This document shows, in pieces, positions 40,078 through 49,442 of a DNA stretch of 64,000 nt. This stretch comes from Candidatus Heimdallarchaeota archaeon (GTDB lineage Archaea; Asgardarchaeota; Heimdallarchaeia; Heimdallarchaeales; Heimdallarchaeaceae), in NCBI GenBank assembly GCA_018238545.1, contig JABCTC010000008.1, positions 14,264 through 78,263 on the forward strand. Direction: 5' to 3'. The translations under genes and the position numbers were made by a program. Under the pieces are notes generated by a model. It did not search any database. It had not been told where the DNA came from and saw only the letters and a program-made list of their open reading frames with translations. How positions within the stretch are numbered: position 1 is the first letter of the stretch; each line of letters opens with the position of its first letter.

Positions 40078-40683
40078 TCATATCTTATAATTTTTGAAAC
40101 TTTGACCAATCATATCAGCTAACCTAAGACATTCAGGAACCGAACTTGAATAGGTCGAAATCTCAATAATCTCTCTTACTTGTTCCGTATTGGTAAACCC
40201 TACCTGCTGGAAGAATTTTTTGTATTGTTTTCCAATCTGGTTCTTGAACAATATTTCTTCGATCGGTGGATTAGAGCTAAGAACATTGTATCTCTCATTC
40301 CAATTCTCTAAATTCGAAAGAGCAGTTTTTACGTCTTCTTCATTAGGAAGTGTAGATAAAATTGTAATAACAGGTATTTTTGTAATGTCAAACAACTTCC
40401 TCAAATCGATAATGTTAAACGCCGCTATAGTGGAACTACCCAATATAATTGCTCTCAATTGTGTAACATATTTACTGGATGCAATCATCTCACTGATTTT
40501 TTCTGTAGCATCCCAACCATCAACCTCGACCATTGTCCTTAATATCCCTTCAACAAGATTATACCCTCTGACAATCACACCAAAAACAAATGCATTCTTT
40601 GATGTTTTTCTTTGAAAAGCTGCATCATCAACCCCAATTGTTCTAATACAATCTTTCATTATTTTGTGATTGTTTCTATTCAT
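40078..40683 (-). CDS. DUF99 / UPF0215-family protein (endonuclease dU-like)
   Basis: IGVDDAAF...GVIVRG...DGWDATEKI...FNIID pattern. Confidence 0.5.
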   Translation of the reverse strand: MNRNNHKIMKDCIRTIGVDDAAFQRKTSKNAFVFGVIVRGYNLVEGILRTMVEVDGWDATEKISEMIASSKYVTQLRAIILGSSTIAAFNIIDLRKLFDITKIPVITILSTLPNEEDVKTALSNLENWNERYNVLSSNPPIEEILFKNQIGKQYKKFFQQVGFTNTEQVREIIEISTYSSSVPECLRLADMIGQSFKNYKI

Positions 40684-40728
40684 TAAGTAACTTTTTAAAT
40701 ATAAACTATAGAAAGATTACTGATTCTA

Positions 40729-41517
40729 ATGAGTAGACGAAACCTTCCTGAACACGGCGCCTTAGTAATAGGTACTGTAAAACAGATCTTTGGTCATGGT
40801 GTATATGTTAACTTAGATGAGTATGAGGATTTACAAGCCTATTGTCATGTATCTGAAGTTAGTTCTACATGGGTTAGGAATATCAGAAACGTAATGCGAA
40901 TTGGTAAAAAGGTTGTCGGGCGTGTTATGCGTGTTAAAGAGAATCAAATTGATATAAGCATCAAAAGGGTTTCTGATGGTTTGAAAAGAAAGAAAGTGGA
41001 AGAATGGAAGCACTATAAAACCGCTATCACACTTCTAGAAATGGGTGCAAAGCAAAGAAAAATAGATTTTGAAGTAGCTAGAAGTGAAGTTGAAGATGTT
41101 GCTTCAGAATATTATGGTAGCCTATATCAAGCATTGGAGGAATCTTTATTCAAAGGAGAAGTTGCTTTTACTGAAGCTGATATCTCTGAAGAATGGGCTT
41201 CTGTTCTAACTCAAATAGCAAAAAAGAATCTCACAATCCCAAAAGTGAATATTACAAGAGACATTGAGATTATTTGCTGGGAAAGCAATGGCATTGTGTT
41301 AATCCGCGAAGCGTTGCAAAAAGCAAAAGATGCTAGAAAAGATGTTGAAGCTGAAGATGAAGAGTTAGATATGGGAGTTTATGTCAGAGGAGCACCCATC
41401 TACAGATTCGTGATTTCTGCCCGTGATTATGGATTAGCTGAAGCATTAGTATCTAAAGCAATTGAGACAGTTGAGCAAACCTTAGAAGGATACAAGGCCA
41501 CAGTAAAGGTTCTTTAA
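40729..41517 (+). CDS. eif2a: Translation initiation factor 2 alpha subunit
   Basis: N-terminal S1 domain (GALVIGTVKQIFGHGVYVNLDEYEDLQAYCHVSEV). 262 aa. Followed by nop10. Confidence 0.8.
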   Translation: MSRRNLPEHGALVIGTVKQIFGHGVYVNLDEYEDLQAYCHVSEVSSTWVRNIRNVMRIGKKVVGRVMRVKENQIDISIKRVSDGLKRKKVEEWKHYKTAITLLEMGAKQRKIDFEVARSEVEDVASEYYGSLYQALEESLFKGEVAFTEADISEEWASVLTQIAKKNLTIPKVNITRDIEIICWESNGIVLIREALQKAKDARKDVEAEDEELDMGVYVRGAPIYRFVISARDYGLAEALVSKAIETVEQTLEGYKATVKVL

Positions 41518-41536
41518 CCAAATGTGTTGAGATAGA

Positions 41537-41716
41537 ATGACTAAATCAATCTTCAAATGCATAGAATGTAGCAAATATACTTTACATACAGAAAAATGTC
41601 ATTCTTGTGGAGGACGTGTTGTTTCACCTCGTCCCGCTAAATTTTCTATTGAAAAGGAAAAAAAATATTCTTCCTATAGAAGACAGTTGTTAAAAAACAA
41701 TTTAAACACATCTTAA
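41537..41716 (+). CDS. nop10: H/ACA snoRNP component Nop10 (59 aa, missed by the ORF track)
   Basis: MTKSIFKCIECSKYTLHTEKCHSCGGRVVSPRPAKFSIEKEKKYSSYRRQLLK: zinc ribbon plus the PAKFS...YRR signature. Conserved eIF2-alpha/nop10 gene pair. Confidence 0.75.
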   Translation: MTKSIFKCIECSKYTLHTEKCHSCGGRVVSPRPAKFSIEKEKKYSSYRRQLLKNNLNTS

Positions 41717-42313
41717 TATTGCTACTTCAATTACATGATATCGTTTCTTGTGAAAATGATAGATTTTTGGTATTTCAAATTCTGCCTTTATCGTTTCATC
41801 TATGCTTTTATTATTTTTCAAGACAAATTTTCGCAAAAATTCAACGTTTTTTTCTTGAAATAAATGCAATGAATAACTGACTTTTGAGCTACATAAAGCT
41901 GCGTGCAAGAATTCTTGATCCTTTATAGTACCTTTTACACCAAAGGGACTGTTCATTAAAACAGTATCAAAATTCATATTTATTTCTCTAACATCTTTTT
42001 CGATGAACTCAATTTCAAGCCCAATATTTTCAACATTTTCTTTTGCAATCTTTAGAGCAGCTGGATCAACCTCAATTGCATAAACTTTCTTAGCACCTAA
42101 GATTTTTGCTGCTATTGCGAACAATCCGGTTCCGCTACAAAAATCCGCTACAATTTTATTTTTTATATCTCCCAGATGTAAAGCTCTCCACGTTATCATT
42201 GCAACCAATCTTGGAGGAGTTTGATATTGTTCTAGATGAATTTTAGGTTCTTTGAAATTCACAAACTGTGTTAATTGAATTTCGAGATCTTTTTGTTTCA
42301 TGTTGAGTTTCAC
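41702..42313 (-). CDS. METTL5-like N6-adenine RNA methyltransferase (COG2263)
   Basis: LEQYQTP motif, SAM motif FCSGTGLFAI, NSPFG (NPPF-type). Confidence 0.6.
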   Translation of the reverse strand: MKLNMKQKDLEIQLTQFVNFKEPKIHLEQYQTPPRLVAMITWRALHLGDIKNKIVADFCSGTGLFAIAAKILGAKKVYAIEVDPAALKIAKENVENIGLEIEFIEKDVREINMNFDTVLMNSPFGVKGTIKDQEFLHAALCSSKVSYSLHLFQEKNVEFLRKFVLKNNKSIDETIKAEFEIPKIYHFHKKRYHVIEVAILRCV

Positions 42314-43068
42314 TTTTTGCTTTGTTGGTTTTGTTCTAAAATTGTTTTAAACATCCCAATTAGTGTATGTATTTCTTCTTTCGATGCGAAGCTTCTATTT
42401 ACTATACTGCGAAATGCATGAATGATATTTGGTTTACGATATTCTTCATAATCAATGTTATTTACCAATGATTCAAATAGTGTAAAAAGCATCTCTCTCT
42501 CTTTTGACACAGAAACAATAGCTAATTCTGAAGTGTCTACAACTTCATAGGTTCTTTTCCACACTTCATAAAGTATTATTGCTACAGCATGAGAAATGTT
42601 CAGAACCCTTTGTTCTCCTGGGACTGGAATGCTTACAAGATAATCACACAAACGCAATTCTTCATTAGATAGTCCTCGATCTTCTCTTCCAAAGACGATA
42701 CCAATCTTACTGCTTAACAAAAACTTTTCATCTGTCCATTCCCATGAAAAAGCAGGTTGGCGATAAACATTATATGTTTTACCTGCTTTTGCTGATGTTC
42801 CAATCAAAAACGAAAAACGATCTCTTACATCTTGAAATTCAGAAAATACTTTTGCATTTTCCAAATAATGCTTAGAATGTCTTGCTCTGTTTCTGGCTTC
42901 CTCTGACAAATGATCTACTTGTGGGGAAATAAGGACCAGTTCAGTTGCATTGAAGTTGTTACAAACTCTTGCAATTGCCCCGATATTGCCTTCGACTTTT
43001 GGCTCAATTAAAATGATGCTGCAATTTACTCCTTTGATTTCCTTATCCATCATATTCACCAAAATCAA
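42310..43068 (-). CDS. SpoU/TrmH-family RNA 2'-O-methyltransferase (TrmJ-like)
   Basis: IILIEPKVEGNIGAIARVCNNF SPOUT N-terminus. Confidence 0.65.
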   Translation of the reverse strand: MILVNMMDKEIKGVNCSIILIEPKVEGNIGAIARVCNNFNATELVLISPQVDHLSEEARNRARHSKHYLENAKVFSEFQDVRDRFSFLIGTSAKAGKTYNVYRQPAFSWEWTDEKFLLSSKIGIVFGREDRGLSNEELRLCDYLVSIPVPGEQRVLNISHAVAIILYEVWKRTYEVVDTSELAIVSVSKEREMLFTLFESLVNNIDYEEYRKPNIIHAFRSIVNRSFASKEEIHTLIGMFKTILEQNQQSKK

Positions 43069-43672
43069 ATCTAACTAAATATAGTTTTTCAAAAAACAGT
43101 TTCAATTCCTTAATTATTTCAAGATGAACTCCCTTCTCAGAGATCTCTTCAAAATTGTCTTCATCCCAAGCAATTGAGGAGAAAATGGTATAGAGTGACG
43201 TATTTACTTTAGAACTTTGAAGGTAAATAATCAAATCATATATCTCTTCATAGCCTCTTTTTCCCCCGGTAAGCATTAATTTGTCAGCAATTGGGAGTTT
43301 TTTGGTTTCCGTATCTTCTGGAAGATATGGTGGATTCCAAATAATTACGTCTGGTGAGAGATACCGTATAGCATTCAGTTTATCCATACATATTACATCT
43401 ATTTGGCTATCAACTTCATTTAACTTGCAATTTGACTGAATCATCTTAGTTGCAGTTAATGATATGTCTGATACGAGAAAACTAGCTTTTTCAAAATTTT
43501 TAGCAAGAAAAATCGAGATGATTCCAGAACCTCCTCCAATCTCATAAACTGATTTAATATTCTCGTTTAGATGCAAATTTCTAATAAGAAAAAATGTGTC
43601 CTCTGCGGGAAAGTATACTTCTTCTGGTATATCTAACTCTAATTTGTATTCTGGGAAATTATATCTGACCAC
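43043..43672 (-). CDS. mtq2: HemK/Mtq2-like protein-glutamine (release factor) N5-methyltransferase
   Basis: GGGSGIISIF SAM motif and NPPYLP catalytic motif. About 200 aa. Confidence 0.65.
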   Translation of the reverse strand: MVRYNFPEYKLELDIPEEVYFPAEDTFFLIRNLHLNENIKSVYEIGGGSGIISIFLAKNFEKASFLVSDISLTATKMIQSNCKLNEVDSQIDVICMDKLNAIRYLSPDVIIWNPPYLPEDTETKKLPIADKLMLTGGKRGYEEIYDLIIYLQSSKVNTSLYTIFSSIAWDEDNFEEISEKGVHLEIIKELKLFFEKLYLVRFDFGEYDG

Positions 43673-44523
43673 AGATCTTCGCCTATCTTCATTTTTAAAT
43701 TATTATAGAGATAAATTAACTCTTCTAAGGAGAGAGTGAATATCCTTCGTTCATTATACTTATCGGGTTCTAAAGCAATTTTTATTTTTATATTTGATTG
43801 TTTCGCTTTTCTCTTTAATGTATTAGATAAAACGCTCCTAACAATTTTTTTCTTGTGAGAGAAGAGAAGCGTAACAAATTGACTGAAACCCGTTTCATCT
43901 TCAACTAGCTTTTCATTCTTCCTCTGGATGGTCACTAGTGAAGATTGGATTTTTGGTGCTGGTAAAAATGATGATGGTTTAATGGTCTTGAGGTATTTAC
44001 ACTTAGCTTTCAGATTTATCATGACAGATAGACGAGAGTAATCTCTAGATCCTGGCTTAGCAAAAAACCTTTGAGCAAACTCTTTTTGATACATGAGAAT
44101 TGCTAAATCAAATTTGTGTCTTAGAAGCTTAAAAGTGATTGGAGAGGATATTTGATAAGGTAAGTTTGAAATACATTTGGTGAATGTTGGAAAATCTATT
44201 TTTACGGCATCACCAGTAATAACCTCGAAATTCGATACAGAATTATAAGTGTCCTCTAGAAATTTTGCTAATATTCGATCTGCTTCAATTACATACATTT
44301 TCTTAACTTTGTTAACTATGCAATGAGTTAAGCTACCCAATCCCCCCCCTATCTCCAAAATTGTGTCTTTAGAAGAAATATTGGATTGAGCCACTTGAAA
44401 ATTAATAATATTGGAATTAACTAGAAAATTTTGACCTTTTTGTTGAGATGGTTTGATATTTAGATGGTTAAGACTATTGATAACGTACGATTTCAATTCG
44501 GATGAAGATTTCCAGCAATCCAT
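43639..44523 (-). CDS. ksgA: 16S rRNA (adenine1518/1519-N6)-dimethyltransferase KsgA/Dim1
   Basis: QKGQNFLVN, EIGGGLGSLT, NLPYQISSPI. Confidence 0.85.
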   Translation of the reverse strand: MDCWKSSSELKSYVINSLNHLNIKPSQQKGQNFLVNSNIINFQVAQSNISSKDTILEIGGGLGSLTHCIVNKVKKMYVIEADRILAKFLEDTYNSVSNFEVITGDAVKIDFPTFTKCISNLPYQISSPITFKLLRHKFDLAILMYQKEFAQRFFAKPGSRDYSRLSVMINLKAKCKYLKTIKPSSFLPAPKIQSSLVTIQRKNEKLVEDETGFSQFVTLLFSHKKKIVRSVLSNTLKRKAKQSNIKIKIALEPDKYNERRIFTLSLEELIYLYNNLKMKIGEDLWSDIISQNTN

Positions 44524-44542
44524 AGCTCAAACCATATAGAGT

Positions 44543-45208
44543 CTATCTTCTTGGATTAGGTTCGGAACTAGCAGTAAACAATCGATGTTTCTGTTCTTCT
44601 TCTAATTCTTGCATGATCCTATTCGTTATCATCTTGCGAATATCGGATATTTTAACACGTTCTTCAATATCACTAAAAGAAAGATAAGGCAATCTTTTAC
44701 GATCATCAATGATTTCCCACATTAGTTTCTTGCCAATACCTGGAATAAGTTGTAGAGAATGAATACGGTTAGTGATTGGTTGAGCTTTGTTAAAGAATGA
44801 GACAAAACGTTTTTCGTTCTTATTAATGATATTGAAAACAGCTTCATCTAAAATTTGATGCCCAGTGTTTGTTAATTCATTTATAGAAATCCGTCGTCTA
44901 ACCTTCTTTAAAGGACCACTCTCAACTCCTTTAGGAACGCTGTATTCATCTAGTTGTTTGAAACCTCCTCGTCTTTCTGCTGTTATTTCAAGGATGCTAA
45001 ACCAAGTTGTTCCAATGCCTTGTATTATCGGTTCTCTTTGTTTTGTTTGTCCAAAACCCTTGCCTTCTGGTAGATAATCTAAAACTATAATTTTGTTTTC
45101 AAGCTTTTTTGATTGTCTTACGTGAATTACAGGACCAATAATGAATTCATCACTACTTCCAGCCTTATCTGGTCGCCTGTTTTTCTCAGGATTTCTTTCA
45201 GTTACCAT
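44543..45208 (-). CDS. DUF655 / COG1491 predicted RNA-binding protein
   Basis: Conserved partner of ksgA in archaea. HhH-like C-terminus (LIPGIGKKLMWEI). Confidence 0.55.
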   Translation of the reverse strand: MVTERNPEKNRRPDKAGSSDEFIIGPVIHVRQSKKLENKIIVLDYLPEGKGFGQTKQREPIIQGIGTTWFSILEITAERRGGFKQLDEYSVPKGVESGPLKKVRRRISINELTNTGHQILDEAVFNIINKNEKRFVSFFNKAQPITNRIHSLQLIPGIGKKLMWEIIDDRKRLPYLSFSDIEERVKISDIRKMITNRIMQELEEEQKHRLFTASSEPNPRR

Positions 45209-45283
45209 AATACTCTCACCATAAATAAGTACAAACACAAAAAAGGTTTTCCTATATATATTTAAAACAAAAAACCTGGCGTT

Positions 45284-45646
45284 CTACTTTTCCTTATTAA
45301 ATTTAACAATATAGGGTCTTATCACTTCAAACATTTTACTTATTTCTGAGTCTGTTAGCATTTTTGGCTCTTTCTGAAGAATATCTTTTAATTCTTCAGG
45401 GGATGGGGGTAGAATGTTTGCAATTGTAAATGCTGAAAGCTCAGATAAATCAAATTCCTTTAGAAGTTTTTCAAGAATTTCCCTAGATTCTTCTGGCTCT
45501 ATCCGTGCATTTTGCATTGCGTGCTCATAAGCAACTCGTTGCCAATATGAGAGCTCAGATTCTTCACTCCTCTGTTGTAGAATTCTCATTGCTTCAGAAA
45601 TGGTTAATGGTTTTTTATCTAGAACGTCTCTTGGCATGAATATCAC
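45284..45646 (-). CDS. rpoF: RNA polymerase subunit F (Rpb4 homolog)
   Basis: About 120 aa acidic helical protein in the conserved L21e-RpoF-DUF655-KsgA arrangement. Confidence 0.6.
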   Translation of the reverse strand: MIFMPRDVLDKKPLTISEAMRILQQRSEESELSYWQRVAYEHAMQNARIEPEESREILEKLLKEFDLSELSAFTIANILPPSPEELKDILQKEPKMLTDSEISKMFEVIRPYIVKFNKEK

Positions 45647-45650
45647 TCTT

Positions 45651-45962
45651 TTATTCTGTTGTCTGGATAACAGAACGACTTAACCTTAAATGTTCTTTTC
45701 TTGCAGTGATTTGTTTAATTGCATGACCTTGTTTAATGGCTACAACATAACCTTTACCTTGTTTTCTTAGAACTTTACCTGTTTTTCCATGAAATCGTCT
45801 ATGTGGCATTCCTTTATGTTCTGCAGAATCTAATATTATATCAACAACATCACCTTCGCTGAAATCATGTAATATATAATCTAATGAACGCATACCGCGT
45901 TCTCTTACTTTCTTTCGAAGAAGATGTCGAGTTCCATGTCGGTAACCTCTGGATTTTCGCAT
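45651..45962 (-). CDS. rpl21e: Ribosomal protein L21e
   Basis: MRKSRGYRHGTRHLLRKK...GDVVDI...HRRFHGKTGKV is a clear L21e. Confidence 0.85.
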   Translation of the reverse strand: MRKSRGYRHGTRHLLRKKVRERGMRSLDYILHDFSEGDVVDIILDSAEHKGMPHRRFHGKTGKVLRKQGKGYVVAIKQGHAIKQITARKEHLRLSRSVIQTTE

Positions 45963-46114
45963 AATCAGACACCAATTATTCTATTATCTTATAAGTGAGC
46001 AAAATCCCTCTATACAACTTTTAATCTTTTCGTTATCCGTTTTAGTTCTATTCTATAGAAAATTAAGTGGTTCCTATTTTATTCTCTGTATTTGTAATAA
46101 GAGTTGATTAGGTT

Positions 46115-47446
46115 TTAATCTTCTTGAATGTAAGGAATTTCATCGATTTCTATTACATCAAGTTCAGTACAAATGGCATCATTCATCACAATTTCTGAAA
46201 TACTAGGCTTAGTTCTTCCTTTGTCTCCTGAAATTAATTCTTTGACGTAACACCCTCCATCACATTTGACTACCATTTCTATTTCTGTTTCACCTTTTTT
46301 TATACACTTTACGGTATAAACTTTCTTTTTCCGTATTTTATCTGCACGTCTATGTGATACACGATTTGGTGTTCTTTGTTGTAGTACTTTGTTTTGAAGC
46401 TCTTTTTCTATCTTTTTCATATCTTCGCCAGTAATGGGATTAGAAAATTCCACAAGGGCTCTATACTTTTTAATAGCTTTTTCTGCACTACTCTTCACAT
46501 GAACAACCTCTTTTCTTGATGACCATCGCAGATTTTGCACTTCAATCTTGTTTTTTGTATGGACATTTATTTTTTCTTCTAAATCTTTGAGATCCAAAGA
46601 GCGAATGTGAGGGTTTACAATTTCAAAAACGAAAGGTCTTCCTGTGCCAAGCATAAGCGCATCTATGTCCTCTCTACCACCGCCATGTAAAGTACCCTTG
46701 TCTGCTTTTGCTAATTGTATCGCTTCAACTTCTATTAATTCTTCTACAGATTCTGGATATTTTTTTCCAGTGTTGTTACATTCTTTACAGCCTTTCCCCC
46801 TGCATTTTCTACAAGGCCATTTTGTCTGTGGTAGAATTCTAAGAAATTTTTTGTATTTACCATAAATATACAAAGACGTAATTCTCATACTAATATCTTG
46901 AGTAAAAGGATTAACTTCAAAAACAATATTTGGTGACTTAAAATCTGTTGTAACAGGAATTCTTCCTGAGATTTTTTTCCCAATATTCCTGTTAAACTCC
47001 TGTTTTAATAATTCTGTTTGTTTAACATCTACTTGAGCCTTTAATTCAACCTCTCTTTCTTGAATTGCTTTTGGGATAAAGGTTCCCATCAAAAATGTGT
47101 GAAACTCACACCCTTCAGATTGTAATATTACTAATTCAGCGAGGGCATCAATTGTTTCTAAAGAATCTTCACAAATATAACATCTCATTGTTTCTTCTGA
47201 TTGTATCTCGTTTTTTAAGAGGAGTTTCTTGGCTAAAACTGAACCTGAACGAGATAGACATTGCAAAATTGACAAATTTTCTTCTGAAAGGTCTGTAGAA
47301 AATTCCAATACAAGAAAATCTTTTATTGTCATTCCTCTGTTTAAATTAGTGGTTCCTGTTGCCAAATTAGAAAACTGTCTCCCCAAGCAATAATCACATA
47401 GAGGGTTATCCTTCAATAGTTTTAGCGCCTTTTCTTGTAATGTCAT
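46115..47446 (-). CDS. pus10: tRNA pseudouridine synthase Pus10
   Basis: N-terminal CDYCLGR zinc ribbon, THUMP-like domain, C-terminal catalytic domain, 443 aa. Confidence 0.75.
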   Translation of the reverse strand: MTLQEKALKLLKDNPLCDYCLGRQFSNLATGTTNLNRGMTIKDFLVLEFSTDLSEENLSILQCLSRSGSVLAKKLLLKNEIQSEETMRCYICEDSLETIDALAELVILQSEGCEFHTFLMGTFIPKAIQEREVELKAQVDVKQTELLKQEFNRNIGKKISGRIPVTTDFKSPNIVFEVNPFTQDISMRITSLYIYGKYKKFLRILPQTKWPCRKCRGKGCKECNNTGKKYPESVEELIEVEAIQLAKADKGTLHGGGREDIDALMLGTGRPFVFEIVNPHIRSLDLKDLEEKINVHTKNKIEVQNLRWSSRKEVVHVKSSAEKAIKKYRALVEFSNPITGEDMKKIEKELQNKVLQQRTPNRVSHRRADKIRKKKVYTVKCIKKGETEIEMVVKCDGGCYVKELISGDKGRTKPSISEIVMNDAICTELDVIEIDEIPYIQED

Positions 47447-48012
47447 TTTTTCTTCATCTCTAAATTATAATTTGTTAATATAACTTGTTCATCTATATCC
47501 AATGGACCTAATGATACTTCTCCATATGTTTTGGGTAGGTTGATATTATCAAAACCAAATAAAAACACGTTTGCTTCACATATTTTTCTCTGATAATTAT
47601 TACTAACCATCTCTGTTCTTATTAACTTCAAACAATTGTCTTTTGTGTGTTTTTCGAGTATCCATTCATAAGACCCTTCAAAAACATTCAAACCTGGTGT
47701 TAACTTTCCTGATTTAGCTGTGGGATCAATTATGTGGTTTATAGCTCTGAGTAGAAGATGAGCTGCTGAAAAATAACTTGGTCCTAAGTAACGTAAGTTT
47801 GCACCATTGAATGTTACAGTATATGGTTTTGATTTGTGAGTTGTACAATAATAGATATCAAGCGATTTGCGAAATTCATTTGAGAGAAAGAAAGCATCAG
47901 ATATTGCTTTGATAAACATTCCTTCTGCCGTAATAGAATCTTCTATAGAATAAAGAATTCCTTTTGTTAATGAAAAGGGTGGGGCGTTAAAAACGAAAAA
48001 ATGAGAAGACAT
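47443..48012 (-). CDS. trmY: tRNA (pseudouridine54-N1)-methyltransferase TrmY (DUF358, SPOUT)
   Basis: About 190 aa SPOUT-like. 4-nt overlap with pus10, the known functional partner. Confidence 0.6.
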   Translation of the reverse strand: MSSHFFVFNAPPFSLTKGILYSIEDSITAEGMFIKAISDAFFLSNEFRKSLDIYYCTTHKSKPYTVTFNGANLRYLGPSYFSAAHLLLRAINHIIDPTAKSGKLTPGLNVFEGSYEWILEKHTKDNCLKLIRTEMVSNNYQRKICEANVFLFGFDNINLPKTYGEVSLGPLDIDEQVILTNYNLEMKKK

Positions 48013-48034
48013 TAAGAAATCACACAGGAGTATT

Positions 48035-49372
48035 TTACATCAGACCTGGTGGTAATCCAGGGATTTGTAGTCCGCCTCTTCGTCCTTTTTTCATGCGCTT
48101 CACCAATGATGTAACTGTTTTGTGTTGATTAATCAATTCTTTTACTTCTGCAGTAGTTCTACCACTACCTTGAGCAACACGTTGGATTCTTGAGCTACTA
48201 AGCTTGACTTTACCATCTAACTCATTGCCAGTCATTGATGACATAATTACTTTAAATCTCTTCATATTGTCTTTTGAAAGATTTAGCATATCTTCATCAA
48301 TATTGGCTCCAAGGCCTGGAACCATCGAGAGCATCTTCTTCATCGACCCCATAGAACTAAAACTATCAAGCATTTCCATCATTTGGCGATAAGAAATTTT
48401 TCCGCTTAACATACTCATTGCTTCATCTTTTGAAGGGAGAATTTCCAACTCTCTCACTTCTTTTAGAAGACCTTCTAAATCCCCTACACCAATTAATCTT
48501 CCAACAAAAGAAGTAGGATTGAATTCTTCGATAGAATCAATGTCTTCTCCATCACATATGAACTTAATTGGAACTTTAGCTGCAGAAGCTGCAGAAAGAC
48601 TGCCTCCTCCTTTAGCTGAACCATCCATTTTCGTTACAATTACTGATCCTAATTTCGTTGTTTGAGCAAAAGCTAGTGCTTGGTCATAGGCTGCTTGACC
48701 AAGATTACCATCAATAACCAAAATTATTTCATCTGGTTTTATTTTGTTACCGATATCTTTCATCTCTTTAAGAAGAGACTTTTCTTCTTTATGACGACCA
48801 GCTGTATCTAGTATAATAACATTGTATTTCTCATTAAGGAATTTTTGAACACCATCAGAAGCGATTTTTACAGCATTTTTGTTTTCTGGATCCCCATAAA
48901 CTGGAACCTCAATTGTATCACAAAGCTGTTTCAGTTGTTCATATGCTCCTGGTCTGAAGTTATCTGCAGTTACAACAGCTACTTTTTTACCTCGTTTTTT
49001 TATGTATTTTGCAAGTTTTGCTACTGTAGTAGTTTTACCAGACCCTTGGATACCTACTAATTCAATTATTGTAGGTTTATCTGGATGTAGAATTAAAGGA
49101 TAAAACTTTGAACCTAAAAATTTAGTAAGCTCTTCGTGAATGATTGAAAGAACACTATTCTTTCTTGATAATCCCTTTGCAAGTTCCTTGTCGAGTGATT
49201 TACGTTCAACTTCATTTACGACATTAGCAGCTAAATCAAATTGCACGTCTGCTTCTAATAATGCTTTCAACATAGCATTCTTTAGTTCGAGTATAACTTC
49301 TTTGTCGGGAGGACCTCCTCGAAGAATTTTAGATATAGCGTTATTTAGAGCTGATCCAAGTTTGCCTAACAT
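48035..49372 (-). CDS. srp54: Signal recognition particle protein SRP54
   Basis: N-terminal domain, G-domain GIQGSGKTTT, DTAGR, TKMDG, Met-rich M-domain. Confidence 0.9.
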   Translation of the reverse strand: MLGKLGSALNNAISKILRGGPPDKEVILELKNAMLKALLEADVQFDLAANVVNEVERKSLDKELAKGLSRKNSVLSIIHEELTKFLGSKFYPLILHPDKPTIIELVGIQGSGKTTTVAKLAKYIKKRGKKVAVVTADNFRPGAYEQLKQLCDTIEVPVYGDPENKNAVKIASDGVQKFLNEKYNVIILDTAGRHKEEKSLLKEMKDIGNKIKPDEIILVIDGNLGQAAYDQALAFAQTTKLGSVIVTKMDGSAKGGGSLSAASAAKVPIKFICDGEDIDSIEEFNPTSFVGRLIGVGDLEGLLKEVRELEILPSKDEAMSMLSGKISYRQMMEMLDSFSSMGSMKKMLSMVPGLGANIDEDMLNLSKDNMKRFKVIMSSMTGNELDGKVKLSSSRIQRVAQGSGRTTAEVKELINQHKTVTSLVKRMKKGRRGGLQIPGLPPGLM

Positions 49373-49442
49373 AAATTATCAATGGAAAAAAAGAAAAGAG
49401 ATTAAAGAAGATTCTGTTTAAAGGGAAAAGAAAAAGAAGAAC

